Origin: Lama glama
Taxonomy: Eukaryota
Assembly (NCBI GenBank): GCA_028534125.1
Contig: CM052818.1
Location: forward strand, 2,668,001 to 2,732,000
Length of the DNA stretch: 64,000 nt
Direction: 5' to 3'
Position 1 is the stretch's first letter. Each line of letters opens with the position of its first letter. Made by a program: the position numbers and the translations under genes. Below are positions 26,701-38,790 of this stretch, one piece after another. The notes under the pieces are model-generated. The model was not told the DNA's origin. It ran no database searches and saw only the letters and a program-made list of their open reading frames with translations.

Positions 26701-29249
26701 AGTGCGAGAGGGAAAGCACAGATCATGAGGTTTGGGAGTTTGGGGTGAGGGTTGTCCCACCTCTTTTAACTGCAGGGATCCGGGCTTCACCAAAAAGGCG
26801 ATTGCACCGAGGCTGCAGCAAACGAATTTAGAGCCACAGCTGGGAGGTGGCCTGTTCCTTCCATCGGCTTCCCAGGAGCAGTTGGCTCGCTCTGTTCAAA
26901 TATAAAACAAAAGCATCCTGCACCTCGACCCCTCATCGGCCAATGGGCCATTTATGCAGTGGTGTGGGGCGGCCTAGGAGGCCCTTTGGTCCCTGTGGAA
27001 ACCGAGCTGCGTCCTCGGTGGGCTGTGTGCGGTGCCGGTTGTGTGTACATGCCTATTATCCTGGTGGCCTTGTTTGTGCCCACTAGTGGCATGAAGCAGC
27101 CTCCATTTTGAGGCAGGAGATTCAGCAAGGTCGGCCTCCCTGGCTCCCTGACCCACATTTTGCAGAGGCAGCAGAAACTTGAATGATTCGTTGACGGAGT
27201 GTTCCTCGAAGGGGACTGGGGAAGGCTGCACTGTGTGGTCTGCAAGATGGTGCTGGGCCTCCTTTCATCAGCCGGCTCTTGACCCCTTGGCTGCTCACCT
27301 CCCAACACTTACACAGCCTCTGGGCCCAGGAGGGTGAGGTGGGGGAGGCCCCTGAGGAAGGAGGCCCACTGCTTGAAGCAGTTTGTGGGTCACCTCACAG
27401 CTCCCTCTTTCATTCAACAGAATATTTATGGAGATCCTGCTGGCTGTTTGCAGTTTCACAGGCAACATCTCTGACCCTTAGCATAGCCCTTCAAGGGAAG
27501 AGCTATGGTGTCTTTGTACAGATGAGGAAACTGAGGCATGAGAGGCAGAGAACCTGGTTCAGCTTCAGAGGGCTCTAAGACCTGTATTCCAAACCAACTC
27601 CCCTCAATTCCAGCCCCTGTGTTTTCCTCTTACTCCCCTGCGCCTTGGGACTCCCCCAACAGATCTGCTACCCTGAGGTGGGGCCCTCAGGGGAGTGCAG
27701 AGTAGAAAAGAGGCAGAAAGAAGGGCCGAGACCCTGAGAGAATGGGGCTCTTTCCCAGAATCTTCACCTCACCAGCAACCAATGACTATGATGGCCTACC
27801 TTCCGTCCTTTTGTAGTTTCCTCCAAGGGTACTTTGGCAGGATATGTCCTTGGAGGTCAAGGGCAAAATGTACTCTCTGCTTAGAGCATACTGGAGGGAC
27901 ATTCAGCCAGGGGCCACAGTGCCACAGACTCCCCTTCACAGTCCGGGGGCCCTTTCATTTGTCAGAGCCTCCGCCCTGGGCCCAATGGGGACAGGAGTGA
28001 CGCAGGTGACCCTGGCTAGGAGGGATTAGCGGTAAATGACGTCTCTGGTATCTCAGGCCTGTAATAACCTCCCTGTTATTAAATGGAAAAGGGCAGAGGG
28101 ATTTATGAGGGCCCTGTTTACCTTTTATTTTTTTCAGGTGCATAAATACCTTCTCTGCGCTCCGTTTCCATTATATGGTACAAAGGTAATGGCATGGCTG
28201 TAGTTTCCACGCTCATTTGTGAAAGCACACCTGCTGACAGTGCAGACAAGCTGCCCCACATACAGTGGCGGGGCCCTCTCTTCCTGGCTGCGGATTGCTC
28301 CCAGCGTGAGGGGTCTCCACCCCACAGGGTGGAGGGTCATTTTTGACTTCCACTGTCTGTAAGTCCACACCAGACATCTGTACACAAAATCTATTTTTTC
28401 ACATCTATATTTTGAAATCTACATTTTGACATCTATACACAAAATCTACAATCTACACGCAGAGTTAATAGAGCAGAAGGGATGGTAGGTGTGCACAAAA
28501 CTCACAATTGTCCAGGCAGAAAGAAATGGCTACCCATAGGTGGAGTGTGAGGTGTTGAGTGTCATGCAGGGACCTGGGGCCCTTAATCTGGGAGTGTGGG
28601 CTTAAGGGGCTGATTTCTCTGTTTCTGGAAGCCCTGCAGATTTCCTTAATGGAACTTCAAGCTGGCTGCTAACACCTTGTACCCAGGACACCCTACAGTC
28701 TATGAATAGGATCTAATTTAATCCCAGCTGCCCAACAGGTCCACACACCTGATGGAATCCCTGCTGGGTGGGGAATCACCCACCCTCCATGCCCTATCCT
28801 GTAACAGCTTTGACCCAAGCCTGACCCAGAACAGCGCTGGGCACCCATGTCACCTAGGTGACCACACCTGGCACCAGAAAGTGTTTCAAGATCTGACTTT
28901 GTGTCCCTGAGTCTGTGTCCAAGATGGTCATCAGTCAACTTCACACTGGCTGCCTCCGTGCTTAACCTTAGCCCCCATTCTGAGAGCCACCCAAGCTCAG
29001 CAGCTGTGGGGAGGCTGGGTGCAAGCAGGCCAAGGTGTCCTAGTCTGCGTGTGGGGAGCTCACACACAGCCCAGTGCTGGAGCGACCTGGAGCCAGCATT
29101 AGGCTGGTTCCCCTTCCCTAGGCCGTGGCTGAGGATATCAGCTCTGCCTGATTTCTCCAGAGGCCCTTGGGCTCCCAGGAGGGGCGCTCAGGAAGAAGGG
29201 GCAAGAAAAAGGCAACGGGAGGAAGCCGGGGGAGGGAGTCGAAGAAAAA

Positions 29250-31450
29250 GGCCGGGGAAGCCATTACCCTGGAGTAGCCTCTTCTAGGCGCTGGGTCTCC
29301 TGGATCCGGGACTCCGGGCTAATGGGGGAAACAGACCTCAGGCTCTGGCCCAGGCCTCGGGCCTAGGGACCGGCTGAAGGCAAGACCCCTGGAATCCCTT
29401 TCTCCTCCCATCTCGCTGGGTGAGCCCCGGATCCAGCGAAAGCCAAAACTAGAGCTTCGTGTCAGGCTGGCTTTGGGGGCCGGGGGAGTCCCAGCCTCTT
29501 GGCAAGGAAGGCAGGCGGAAGGGCACTCGGACGCAGTCCACAGGCGCTTGCAGAAAGCGAATGCTGAGAAGGCGAGCTCGGCGGAGAGAAATGGTCAAGA
29601 AAGAAGAGAGGAAGGCGAAGGGCGAGGGAGAACCAGAGAGACGTGAAAGGCCAGGCTGGGAGAAGGCCGCACCGAGAGCTGGCTGGGCCCGGGCGCCGCG
29701 AGGAAGTGGGAACCGGGAGAGAGAAGCCCAGGCGGGCAAGCGCGGCGCACGCAGCCCTCCGCGTCCCGGTGCCCTCTCCCGCGAGCAGCCGGTGGGTCCG
29801 CGTGGCTGGGAATGGGAAACGAGGCTGGGCAGCAGGGCAGGGAAGCACCCGGCCGCTGAGAGGAGCCCGGGCCTTTTCCTCCCGCGGTTCCAGACGCTGG
29901 TCCTTCCTCGTCCTGACCCCGCGGAACGCTTGTGACGCTTTTCTCCGCACCCGCCACGAGGGTCGCGGGGCGGGGACTCGGCTCTCCGCATCCCGCACTC
30001 CCATCTCGGCCCCCACGCCTCGGGAACCCGCCGGGATGGGTCTGGGGTGAGGCTCCGGCCCTAGAGGCTAAGAACTGTAAGGCAGTGAAATGGGGATCTC
30101 TTCGGTACCGGTTGCCGCTTTGTCCCCTGCACTCAGCTCAATGCCCAGCACACAATAGACGCTCAAAATAACGTTTGCTGAATGAATGACCGAATGATGA
30201 CTGGCTGAATGAATATATGAATTGAGAGGTGGAGGTTGCAGGAAGTTCGGAGGCCTCAGTAGGGATGGGGGTGTCCAGCGGGCTAGGGCTTCGAGCATTC
30301 CTCTTACCTCGCACCAGGATGCGGCGGCAGTGGTCTGCCTCGCCGAGCCCGGGCTGCCCGTCGCTGTCGGCGCCGCTCTCCCTCGAGCCCGCGGGGCTGG
30401 AGGCGGAGGTCCCAGCAATTTCCTTTGGGCTGCGGCCGCCGGCATTAGCGCTCGAGTCCTCAGCTCCGCCGCGGTCTCCGCCACGCCCGCCCCGAGACTC
30501 CCGGCGTGCGGGGCCTCGGTCGCGCTCGGCGCCCCCATCGCCCATGCCGGCCGCCACCGCCGCCTTCGCCACCGCCTGGCCAGCCTGGGCTGGCCAAGCC
30601 CGCGCCTCCCCGCCCCTCGCACCCCCCTCGTCCGGCTCCTCCTCCTCCGGCCCCGCCCCCGCCCGGCCGCTCCACCCCTCCCTGCTGATTGGGCCCGAGT
30701 CGGGGTTCTCCGACTCCCAGCGGCGCGCGAGGGAGCTGCGCCGGGGGTGGGGGGGTTGATGGCCTCACTCTTCCACCCCTTGTCTAGCCTCACACCCAAC
30801 CCGGCAGACGGAGGCCGGGGATGCCCTGGGGTACGGAGGAACGTCCTACACCCACTCCTGAAGTTTATCAACTCCCTCCCCCTACAACCAGCCTACTCCC
30901 CTCCCCACTCCCTTCGTCCCCAGGGAAGCGCTGCCTCCGCTCTCCGGCTCTTTCAGCGGGATCAATAACCAAAGTGTTCCAGGAAGGCGACCCCGGCGAG
31001 ACCGAGCAGAAAACAGGAGGTTGGCCTTGCTCGGGCGCTTGGAGGGGTGGAGGGCTGGAAATGAGGGCTCAGGCCTAGAGTTCAGTGCCCCGCACCGCCC
31101 CCCCATACCTCCATCCACACTCAGGAACACAGGCCGAAGGCCCCTCCCGGCGCTCCGTGGGAGAGCAAGGCCAGGAATGTGGTAAAAGAGCCTGAGAGTG
31201 GGGCAAGGGGACTGAGGGAAGGACCCACATTCGCCGGGAGAAAAAATAGATTTGCAGACAGTTAGCTAGGTCCAGGAACCGAGAGGATGGAGAGAGGTCG
31301 AGACTGTGGTAGGGTGCAAACGCCCGGGTGGGTCCCCAGCGGCTCTGAGGCCTTCTCACCCGGAACCGCACCCCTGTACTGGGAAATATGGTAGACATCT
31401 CCTTGTCGCCCTCCGACCCCCGGAGCTCTCCCCGTCTCAGTCTCCCATCC
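29250..31450. promoter_or_regulatory. VAX2 promoter CpG island with CCAAT and GC boxes
   Basis: High GC and CpG around exon 1. CCAATCAG on - (ctgattgg at 30685-30692); GC boxes ccccgcccccgccc at about 30651-30664. Confidence 0.85.
30308..30545 (-). CDS. VAX2: VAX2 coding exon 1
   Basis: MGDGGAERDRGPARR...SSPAGSRESGADSDGQPGLGEADHCRRILVR. ATG at 30545; donor G|GTAAGA at 30307; 238 nt, phase 1, joins exon 2 as G|AT (Asp). Total CDS 238+188+444=870 nt, i.e. 289 aa. Confidence 0.97.
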
Positions 31451-33281
31451 CCCGCCCTCTTCACCACGTTGGGGAGAGGGGAAGGGTGGATGGAAGTGAT
31501 CGAGGCTGGAAGCCTGGCGGGCCTTGGGGCTTTGAAGCTGAGCAGTGGGTATCCGTGGGCTTAGCGCGAGTCCCCAGCACTTTATGAGGATCCCAGTGTT
31601 CAAGGAAGTCGAGCCTGTCCTCTGACAGCTCCAGGAAAGGCCAGGCCCGGATTTCTTTCCTTTGACTCAGAAAGGCGCTTGGAAGAAAAGTTGAGAGACC
31701 CTGGCCAAGTTGTGTAGGCAGACTTGTGCGGGAGGGCCCGTGACCCATCCCCTAAAACACTATAAACACAGACTTGGCTTCCCTTTACTGCACCGCATGC
31801 TATTGTGAACGAAGGTGCTTCGGTGTGTCAGAGGGACCCACTGAGAGTGTCTGTGGGGGCGAGGTCGGTGGATGTGCCTGGTGAACGTGGATGTGGCGTG
31901 GTGCAGTGCTTTGCCGGTGCAGCCTCCATCCTTCCCTGAGCCGGAGGAGCGGGTAAACGAGTAAGCCCCTGTTGAGTCAGTGCCTTAGTATGTGTCCAGG
32001 GTGCATGTGAGTGGTTGAGTGTGTTTGTGTCCAATCTCTAAAGTCTCCAACGGAAGGCGAAGTGGGCGGGGCGCACCAGTTATTTAATTGGGTGACTAAT
32101 AGCGCCTCCAGAATAGGGTTTGGGACTTCGGGAAAAGGGAGGGTAAAGGGGGCAGGGGAGGAGGCGTGCTGGTCTGTACTAACAGGAGGGAAGGAAGGGA
32201 GGAAGGAAGGAAAGAAACTCAGCCACAAGGTAATTTGGGTGGGGGAGGGGAGTGGCGGGATCGCGCCCAGGATGTGCAGAGCGAGAGGAGCTTGAATCAG
32301 CTGCCAGGACTAAGAGTTCGTGGCAGTCCAACTCTTGGAGGGAAAGAAGGAGGTTTACAGTTACATGAGGGCTCTGAGGCTTGTAACCCAGCGGGACCGA
32401 GCTCGGCTGGTAGGATCCACGCTGCGTGGCACCAGGAGTCCTGCACTCGCACTTGGTCCCTCCGAGCCTGGTGCCTAGAGAGGCTGCCAAACTCCACAGT
32501 GACCACTCCCCAAGGGCCAGGACGTTCGCCACCCCAGCCCAGTAGACCCTGGTCTCTTGTTTCGGTCCCTCATCTTTGCGCTGCACTTTAACATTTCTCT
32601 TCTCTGGCTCTCTCAAGGCTATTTTTATTATTCAAATAACACATGCCTGGTATTGAAAACTTCTAAGCAGAAAGTAAACAGCCGGCTGGAACCTTCCTGG
32701 CGACCTAGTCCTTGCTCGCTGTTCCACGGGCCACATGGGAGGCCCAGGTTTCTGTTCAAAGAAAAATGGAACAGCACCTGTTGAATTCTACCGGATTTTG
32801 TTTGTTTTTACCCTTTTAAATTTTCATTTCGTGAATGATGATGGCTTTCCATGCCAGTACTCAGGTCTCCATGCCGGCGTCCTCTCCCGAAGTCCGTAGA
32901 TGGGCTTCCGGGCGCGCGCGCACTCCCGGGGGAGCCGGGGCCGTTCTCCAAGAGAGACGGGTGGCCTCGCACAGAGTCCCGTGGAGCCAGGACCTTGAGA
33001 AGGTGGGGACACGTCCCCTTTCCGGGCTTCGAGACGAGCCTGGCAGGGAGAGTGGGGGGTGGCGGGACCTCAGGCCAGCCCCGTGTTGACTCTTGGGAAT
33101 TCCCAGTCTCCCTCCTGCGCCCTTTCTTCTTTCCTCTTGTTCTCTCTTGGCAGTATGGGATTTGGCCTCCCGCAGGAGGTCCGGTTCTCTCTACTCTGCA
33201 GGCCTGGAAAGTGGGGCCCCGGCTTACATGATTGTGCGCAGAAATCCAGTGAGGAGCGCGAGGCTTCTGCGCGCTTAGGGG

Positions 33282-33283
<2 letters not shown>

Positions 33284-33321
<38 letters not shown>
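33284..33321. repeat. (GT)19 microsatellite
   Basis: Perfect dinucleotide run. Shorter TG runs at about 12985-13013 and 25334-25352. Confidence 0.95.
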
Positions 33322-33323
<2 letters not shown>

Positions 33324-34229
33324 TGTGAAGCTGGGGTTGGTGGTAGGCTGGATCTCCTCGCCAAGCCCTGGCTCTGGCCCAACAGGCTCATGAACCCGGG
33401 GCCATCTCGAGCCCTCCAGTCCCTCCTGGGGCACGGTGTCTAGGCTGCCCAGTTCCCGGACCAGGAAGCGAGTCCTGCGGGGCCACTGGGTTCCCACCCG
33501 TGCCCTGCCGGACTACTTCCCCCTAGTCCTGGCTGAAGAAGGCTGGGAGCACCTGTGCCCTACACTGCCACGTGGTGGGGATGTGTAGTGTCGGCCTTAT
33601 TGAGTGTGAGTGTGTGTGTATGTGATCGCGCACGCGTTCGGGTGGATTGGAACGCTGTTTGGCTCTGGGGGGACCTTCCCGCCCCCGGGTAAGTGAGACG
33701 CAGAGCTCCAGGTGTCCTGAGTCCTTCTGGCGCGAATTCACGAGGATCCAGGGTTCCTCACCCTGCCGCGGGGACCAGAGGACCAGCAGAATCTTATGCC
33801 TGCTGCCCCAGCCCTCAACACCCGTCTCCAACCGCCGATCTCAACCCGGCCAAGACGCTAGAAACGCCGAGAGTTTCTTCAGCCTCTTTATCCCCACCCC
33901 CACTCTTTTTGTAAAGCAATCGGGGAAATTCGGCATGGGGGATGTGGGCGATCCCAGCCAATAGGGGGCAGGGCGATGGCCTAAATTGCTTTTTCAGAGG
34001 CTCTGGTCCTGCCGAGGTTCAGTGTTGACAAACCCCACATTGGTCCGGCCCTTCTTGGGCTCCAAAGGGCCGTGGCAGCCGGAGGCCCAGCTGCATCCGC
34101 GCTACTGGCCTCCTCTTCAGCATCAGCAGTTTCCTGGGCATTAGTGTGCTTGGGGTTTAGGGGAAGAGTGGGTCTGGCTACAGAGAGCTGCTGCGTCCTG
34201 GGCTGGAGTCTGGTGACTCTCTGCCACTG

Positions 34230-35094
34230 GGAGTTCTCCCGACACGTGGTGGTCCAGGTTTTCCACTCACAGCGGGAAGGAGTGAGGGGAGGATCATCAG
34301 GGAGGGGCCACCAGCGCCAGATCCCCTCAGACACCCTTTTAGGACCAAGTTTCCAGAGGGTTTCTTCAAGGAGCCGCCTGAGTTGGGGGAAGAGCTCCTT
34401 TGCCTTGCTCAGTGCCAGGAGCCTCCAGTTCCTGCCAATTTCCCAGAAACTGAGCCTATTCGACTCTTTCTCCAGGGACCTCCAGTCCCTCCCCACCCCT
34501 CTTCTCCACTACTTTTAGTGTCTCAGAGAATGAGACTGACTCCCGCAGTTTCTGTGCTGCTAAGAGCTGGGTCCCAGCCACCTGTGGGTAAATAGCGCCC
34601 CCTCCCACACCCAGCATCAGGGTTTCCTAGGATCAGAAGTGGGATTCCAGGGGACCCAAGGTGTGTATGTGGGTGGGTGGGTGGGAGTGGAGCCTGGGTT
34701 CCCTGAGGAACTACCTGTACCTAACTGCCCAGCCCTCCCATCCTCCACTGCCAGTTGGGCATGCAGCTCTGGGCTCTGGTGGGAGCCTTCAGCATCCCCT
34801 TCAGGTGCTCAGAACCTAGAGCCTCAGAGGTCCGGTCCAGTGTCTGGCTGTTTTCATCCATCTTCTGTATCCCTTGGGTGCTTTAGCAGACACGTCAGGC
34901 CAGGTCTCCATGCCTGGACCTTTGGTCCCAACTCGGTCCACTCCTTATGTCTCTTCCTCTTGCTAAGGCTGGGCCAGCATCTCCCCTAGGGCTGCTGGTG
35001 AGTCCAGGTTGAGCTTGCAGCCAATTCGGGTGCCTGCCCTGGCTGGCTTCCACTTCCTTCCTGTCCTCCTCCTTGGCCTCTCTGTCTCTACCAT
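34230..35094 (-). pseudogene. Possible decayed death-fold adaptor gene (DED/CARD-like exon plus death-domain exon)
   Basis: Manual translation across frameshifts gives TLKVVEKR/VGRDWRSLEKE..LSFWEI..ELFPQLRRLLEETL/ETW..ALVAP/L..SRCE/NLDHHV, resembling the FADD death domain. Candidate acceptor at 34582. See findings. Confidence 0.4.
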
Positions 35095-37914
35095 GCTACT
35101 GTCCCCTACTCCCCGCCCCTAGCCTGTGCATCTCTCTAGCCCCAGGTGTCTACAGCCCAGGGAGACTGGCTTCCTCTGCCCTGATTCATTCCCTGTCTGG
35201 ATCTCCTGTCCACCTTTCTTCCTGTTAGTTTTCGGGCTCCACCTAAAGGTCTCTGGGAGATCGTGGGCAGCACTTGCTCTGCCCTGAGGGAATCCAGTCT
35301 CCCAGGCAAATGAATCTTCTCAGCCATCACTGCTGGGATGGGGGTTCACCTGTAGCTGAAGGGCACTGCGGATTTGAGGTGAACAGAGAGGGACACTCCT
35401 CACACTCAGCTGAGCAGCATAAGACCCAGCTTATAGAAACAATCTCTTCATTACTTCCTGGAGCCTGCCTGTGCCCCACTCTACACGCTTGAGAACCAGA
35501 CCTTTGCGCTGGCACATTAGGGAGGGAACCACTGTCCCACCCCCCCAGGTAGGGAGGGATTGGCATTTTAAAAGGAGATGGGATGTTGTTGGGCTTTTTT
35601 TTCCCCCACAATGAGCATTATCATTTTTATAAAACACAATTAAATGTATTTGTTTCTGAGAAGATCAGCAGTGCTGAAACCCAAGGAGGGCAGCTGTAAT
35701 GATGGAATGGGATGGTGGCAGAGGTGCTGGGGGCAGAGTGAGGCTCTTCAAATTCCAGTGTTTAGGCCCCTCCTAGGTCACTAGCCGCCTCAGGCTCAGT
35801 CACTGCAGCCAGTCACTGACTCATTTCAGGCAACACAAGACGACTGAGGCTAGTCTGTGCTGAATACCAGCGTTCCACTGTGAGGATTCTGCAGGAAGCA
35901 GGACCCTCAGGGCACTAGGAGTGCCCATCATAATGGTGGAGGTCACCTCTGTTGGGAGAAAAGGGAACCCAGTGGGCTGGGTGGCCACAGTGGTGCAGGT
36001 GAGGTGGGGGAACAGGAAGCAACCACCTGCTAGAGAGGGAAATGCCATGCTGTGGGACAGGCTCCTGCACCACCTCCTGTGGGTGCCTTCCAGTTCCCGG
36101 TAGCCTGGGCGGCTGCTGAATCCCTTCCCCGACCCCCACCTTGACCAGTTCAGAAGTTCAGAGTCATGGGGTGTGGCTTGGACTCCCAAGGCCACCTCCC
36201 AGGCACAGCCTGGGCCACCCAACCCCTCCCCCCTACTCAGACCCCAGCTGTGGGTCTGGCCAGAATGTAAGGAGGGCCACACTGGAATGCCCCTCATAGG
36301 GGGCCAGGTCTGATGAGATGCTCCATGTACTTACTACTCAGCGGGCACCAGCGGGGAGCTCCCATCTTGACTCTAGCCTTGGCCCAGGACCAAGAAGGCT
36401 TAAGAGAGGAGGCAAAGAAGTTCTCAACACCTGCCATGTATTAAATTACCTGCAGGACTTAGGGAAAAAAATGTATGTTTGGCTACAGACCAAGTGCCTT
36501 CAAATCCAGTTCCCAGTGGGCTCCCTATATTTAATAGTTTTCCAGGCAAAGCCTGGACGGAAACCTCCAAACTGGACCAAGAGTAGGGGAAGCAGGCATT
36601 GTGAGACAGGCAGGAGTAATGGCCTGGAGGTGGTCATTATGTGGTGATTTGGGGAATGAGAGATGGTTGTTTTGGCTGAGACCTTGGGTGGAGCGGATCA
36701 GGGAAGTGCTGGGGACTAGAAGCTGGGAGCCATTCTGTGGAGGGAGTCACAGAGAATGAACAGGCCTGGTGAAATGTCCAACCTGACCTGAAAACTCCGC
36801 CACCGGTAGAGCTTGGGTAGAGGCCACCCAAGGATGAGGGAGGAGGCAGATGGCTGGGCAGGACTGGATGGGTGTCCCCAGGTTCTAGGACAAGCGCCTG
36901 GGACTCAGGATTGGTGATCTTCTCTCCCATCTGTTTTCCTCCAGATCCCATGAAACCTTTCGTGGCTTCCAGCTCCTCTTCCCCACGTAGTTCTTTGTGA
37001 ATCTTCCCTGCTTCCCCTCCTCTGCTGATTTTGCCACCTCTTTGTACTCCATTTGTCTCCTTTCTGCTTCAGGTTCTTCAGCCTTCCTCCCTCTGGGCCA
37101 TCACTTCCCTCTCTGCACTGTCCACCCCAACCGGACCCTGACTGGGGAGGTTCTCCTCCCTCCCTCCCTCTCTCTCCCACCTTCTCTTCCTTTCACAAGC
37201 CCTTATTTCCCCTCTTCTCTTCAGCCCTCTCCCTGCTGGAGTGGGAGTGCATCTTCTACTTGTCTACCTTTGGAAATTACGATCCTGACATGTGCTCAGA
37301 GTTAAAATCAATGAAAAGACACCAGAGACTTGAGAGAATCTTCTTAAAAATTCTTCCTTCTTTTGTAACAAACAAAATCCCTTCCCTCCTACCACATTCT
37401 GATTTTACCTGGATCATCCCGTAGAATGATCACACTTTCATTTGTTTCCTAGCAAAGGATGCGTGGTGAACTGTCCGAAGCTGTGCTGGCACAGAATTTC
37501 ATGAAACAGTCACAGCAACTCTTAGGGTAGGGACCCTGTTGCTCCATTTTGCAGAGAAGGAAACTGAGACCAAGGTCAAACGGTCCGTGTGAATTCAAAC
37601 CCGGGTGCTGGATCCCGGAGTTCTGCCAAGGCAAAAATCTCTACCCCTCCCTCTTGCTTCACTCTGAGAACCTGGCTTCCTCCCAAACTCCTTGGGCCAG
37701 AGCTGCAAGGTGTCTCCCAGCACAGAGGCTGGGGAGGGGCTTTGGGACTGAGGGGTTAAGCACCCTCGCAGGGAGCTGTAGCCTCTGCAGAGACTGAAGG
37801 ACATCTGGACTAGGAGGATGCAGGCCCTGGCAGAGCAGAACCTGGGTTGATGTGAACAGTGAACTTACCTCCTAGAACTACATATGTATTATTTTGTTTT
37901 TGCTGTCTTGGTAA

Positions 37915-38790
37915 TAGCTTTATTGAGATATTATTCATATATCATGTAATTCACACATTTACAGTGTACAATTCAATGGGTTTTCATATATAAAATACAT
38001 AGTATATACACAGATATGCAGTGCAACCATCACCCTAGCAAATTTTAGAACATTTTCATCACCTCAAAAAGAAACTTGCTGGTGACCATAGTTAATAATA
38101 CTGTATTGTAGTGGATAGGGTACAGCTCAGTGATAGAGTGCATGCTTAGCATGAGCATGGTCCTGGGCTCAATCCCCAGTACTTCCACTAAAAAATTAAA
38201 TTAAATTAAAAATTAATTTAAAAATACATAAAGAAACCTAATTACCCCAAAACAAAAACAAAGAAATTTAAAAAAATAATAATACTGTACTGTATATTTG
38301 AAAGTTGCGGAAAGAGTAGATCTTGAAAGTTCGCATCACAAGAAAAAAATTTAACTATGTGTGATGATGGATGTTAACTACACCTATTGTGATCACTTTG
38401 CAATATATACAAATATGGGATCATATCTTGTACACTGGAAACAAATACAATGTTATATGCCAATTATATCTCAATTTAAAAATGAAAAAAAAGGAAAAGA
38501 AACCTGTATCCTTTAGCCATCACCCACAATTTCCCATCTCCCTTCAGCCCTAAGCAATCACCAATCCACTTTTTATTTCTATGGATTTGGCTCTTCTGGA
38601 TATTTCATATAAATGGAATCATATACTATTTGGCCTTTGGTCTGCCTTCTTTCACTTACTGTTTCAAGGTTCATACCTGTTGTAGCATGTATCAGTACTT
38701 CATTCGTTTTTATGATCAAATAACATCCCATTGTATAGTTATGCCACATTTATTTTTCTGTTGATTATCAAGACTTCTGGATTGTTTCCA
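37915..38790 (-). mobile_element. L1MB-like 3' fragment, interrupted by a nested L1 and SINE
   Basis: agctttattgagata..cacatttacagtgtacaattcaatgg up to about 38078; resumes at about 38495 (aaaagaaacctgtatccttta..catataaatggaatcata). Confidence 0.75.
38111..38276 (+). mobile_element. vic-1-like SINE
   Basis: gggtacagctcagtgatagagtgcatgcttagcatg..gtcctgggctcaatccccagtacttcca plus A-rich tail. TSD taataatactgta(t/c)tgta at 38093-38110 and 38277-38294. Confidence 0.85.

Noticed and set aside
28168..28178. CArG-like ccattatatgg
   Set aside because: Has 7 rather than 6 central A/T bases, so it is not a canonical SRF site.
29449..30968. Many overlapping 100-267 aa ORFs around VAX2 exon 1, including the GTG-initiated extension from 30572
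   Set aside because: Expected from stop-codon scarcity in a CpG island; the conserved protein starts at MGDGGAE (30545).
35400..35455. Plus-strand peptide HSAEQHKTQLIETISS, resembling the first helix of the ASC CARD
   Set aside because: Too short, no continuation, and on the opposite strand to the death-domain remnant; likely chance.
35821..36297. 158-aa minus-strand ORF with coding-like composition
   Set aside because: No recognisable domain in any frame; vague K2P-channel and homeobox resemblances did not extend.
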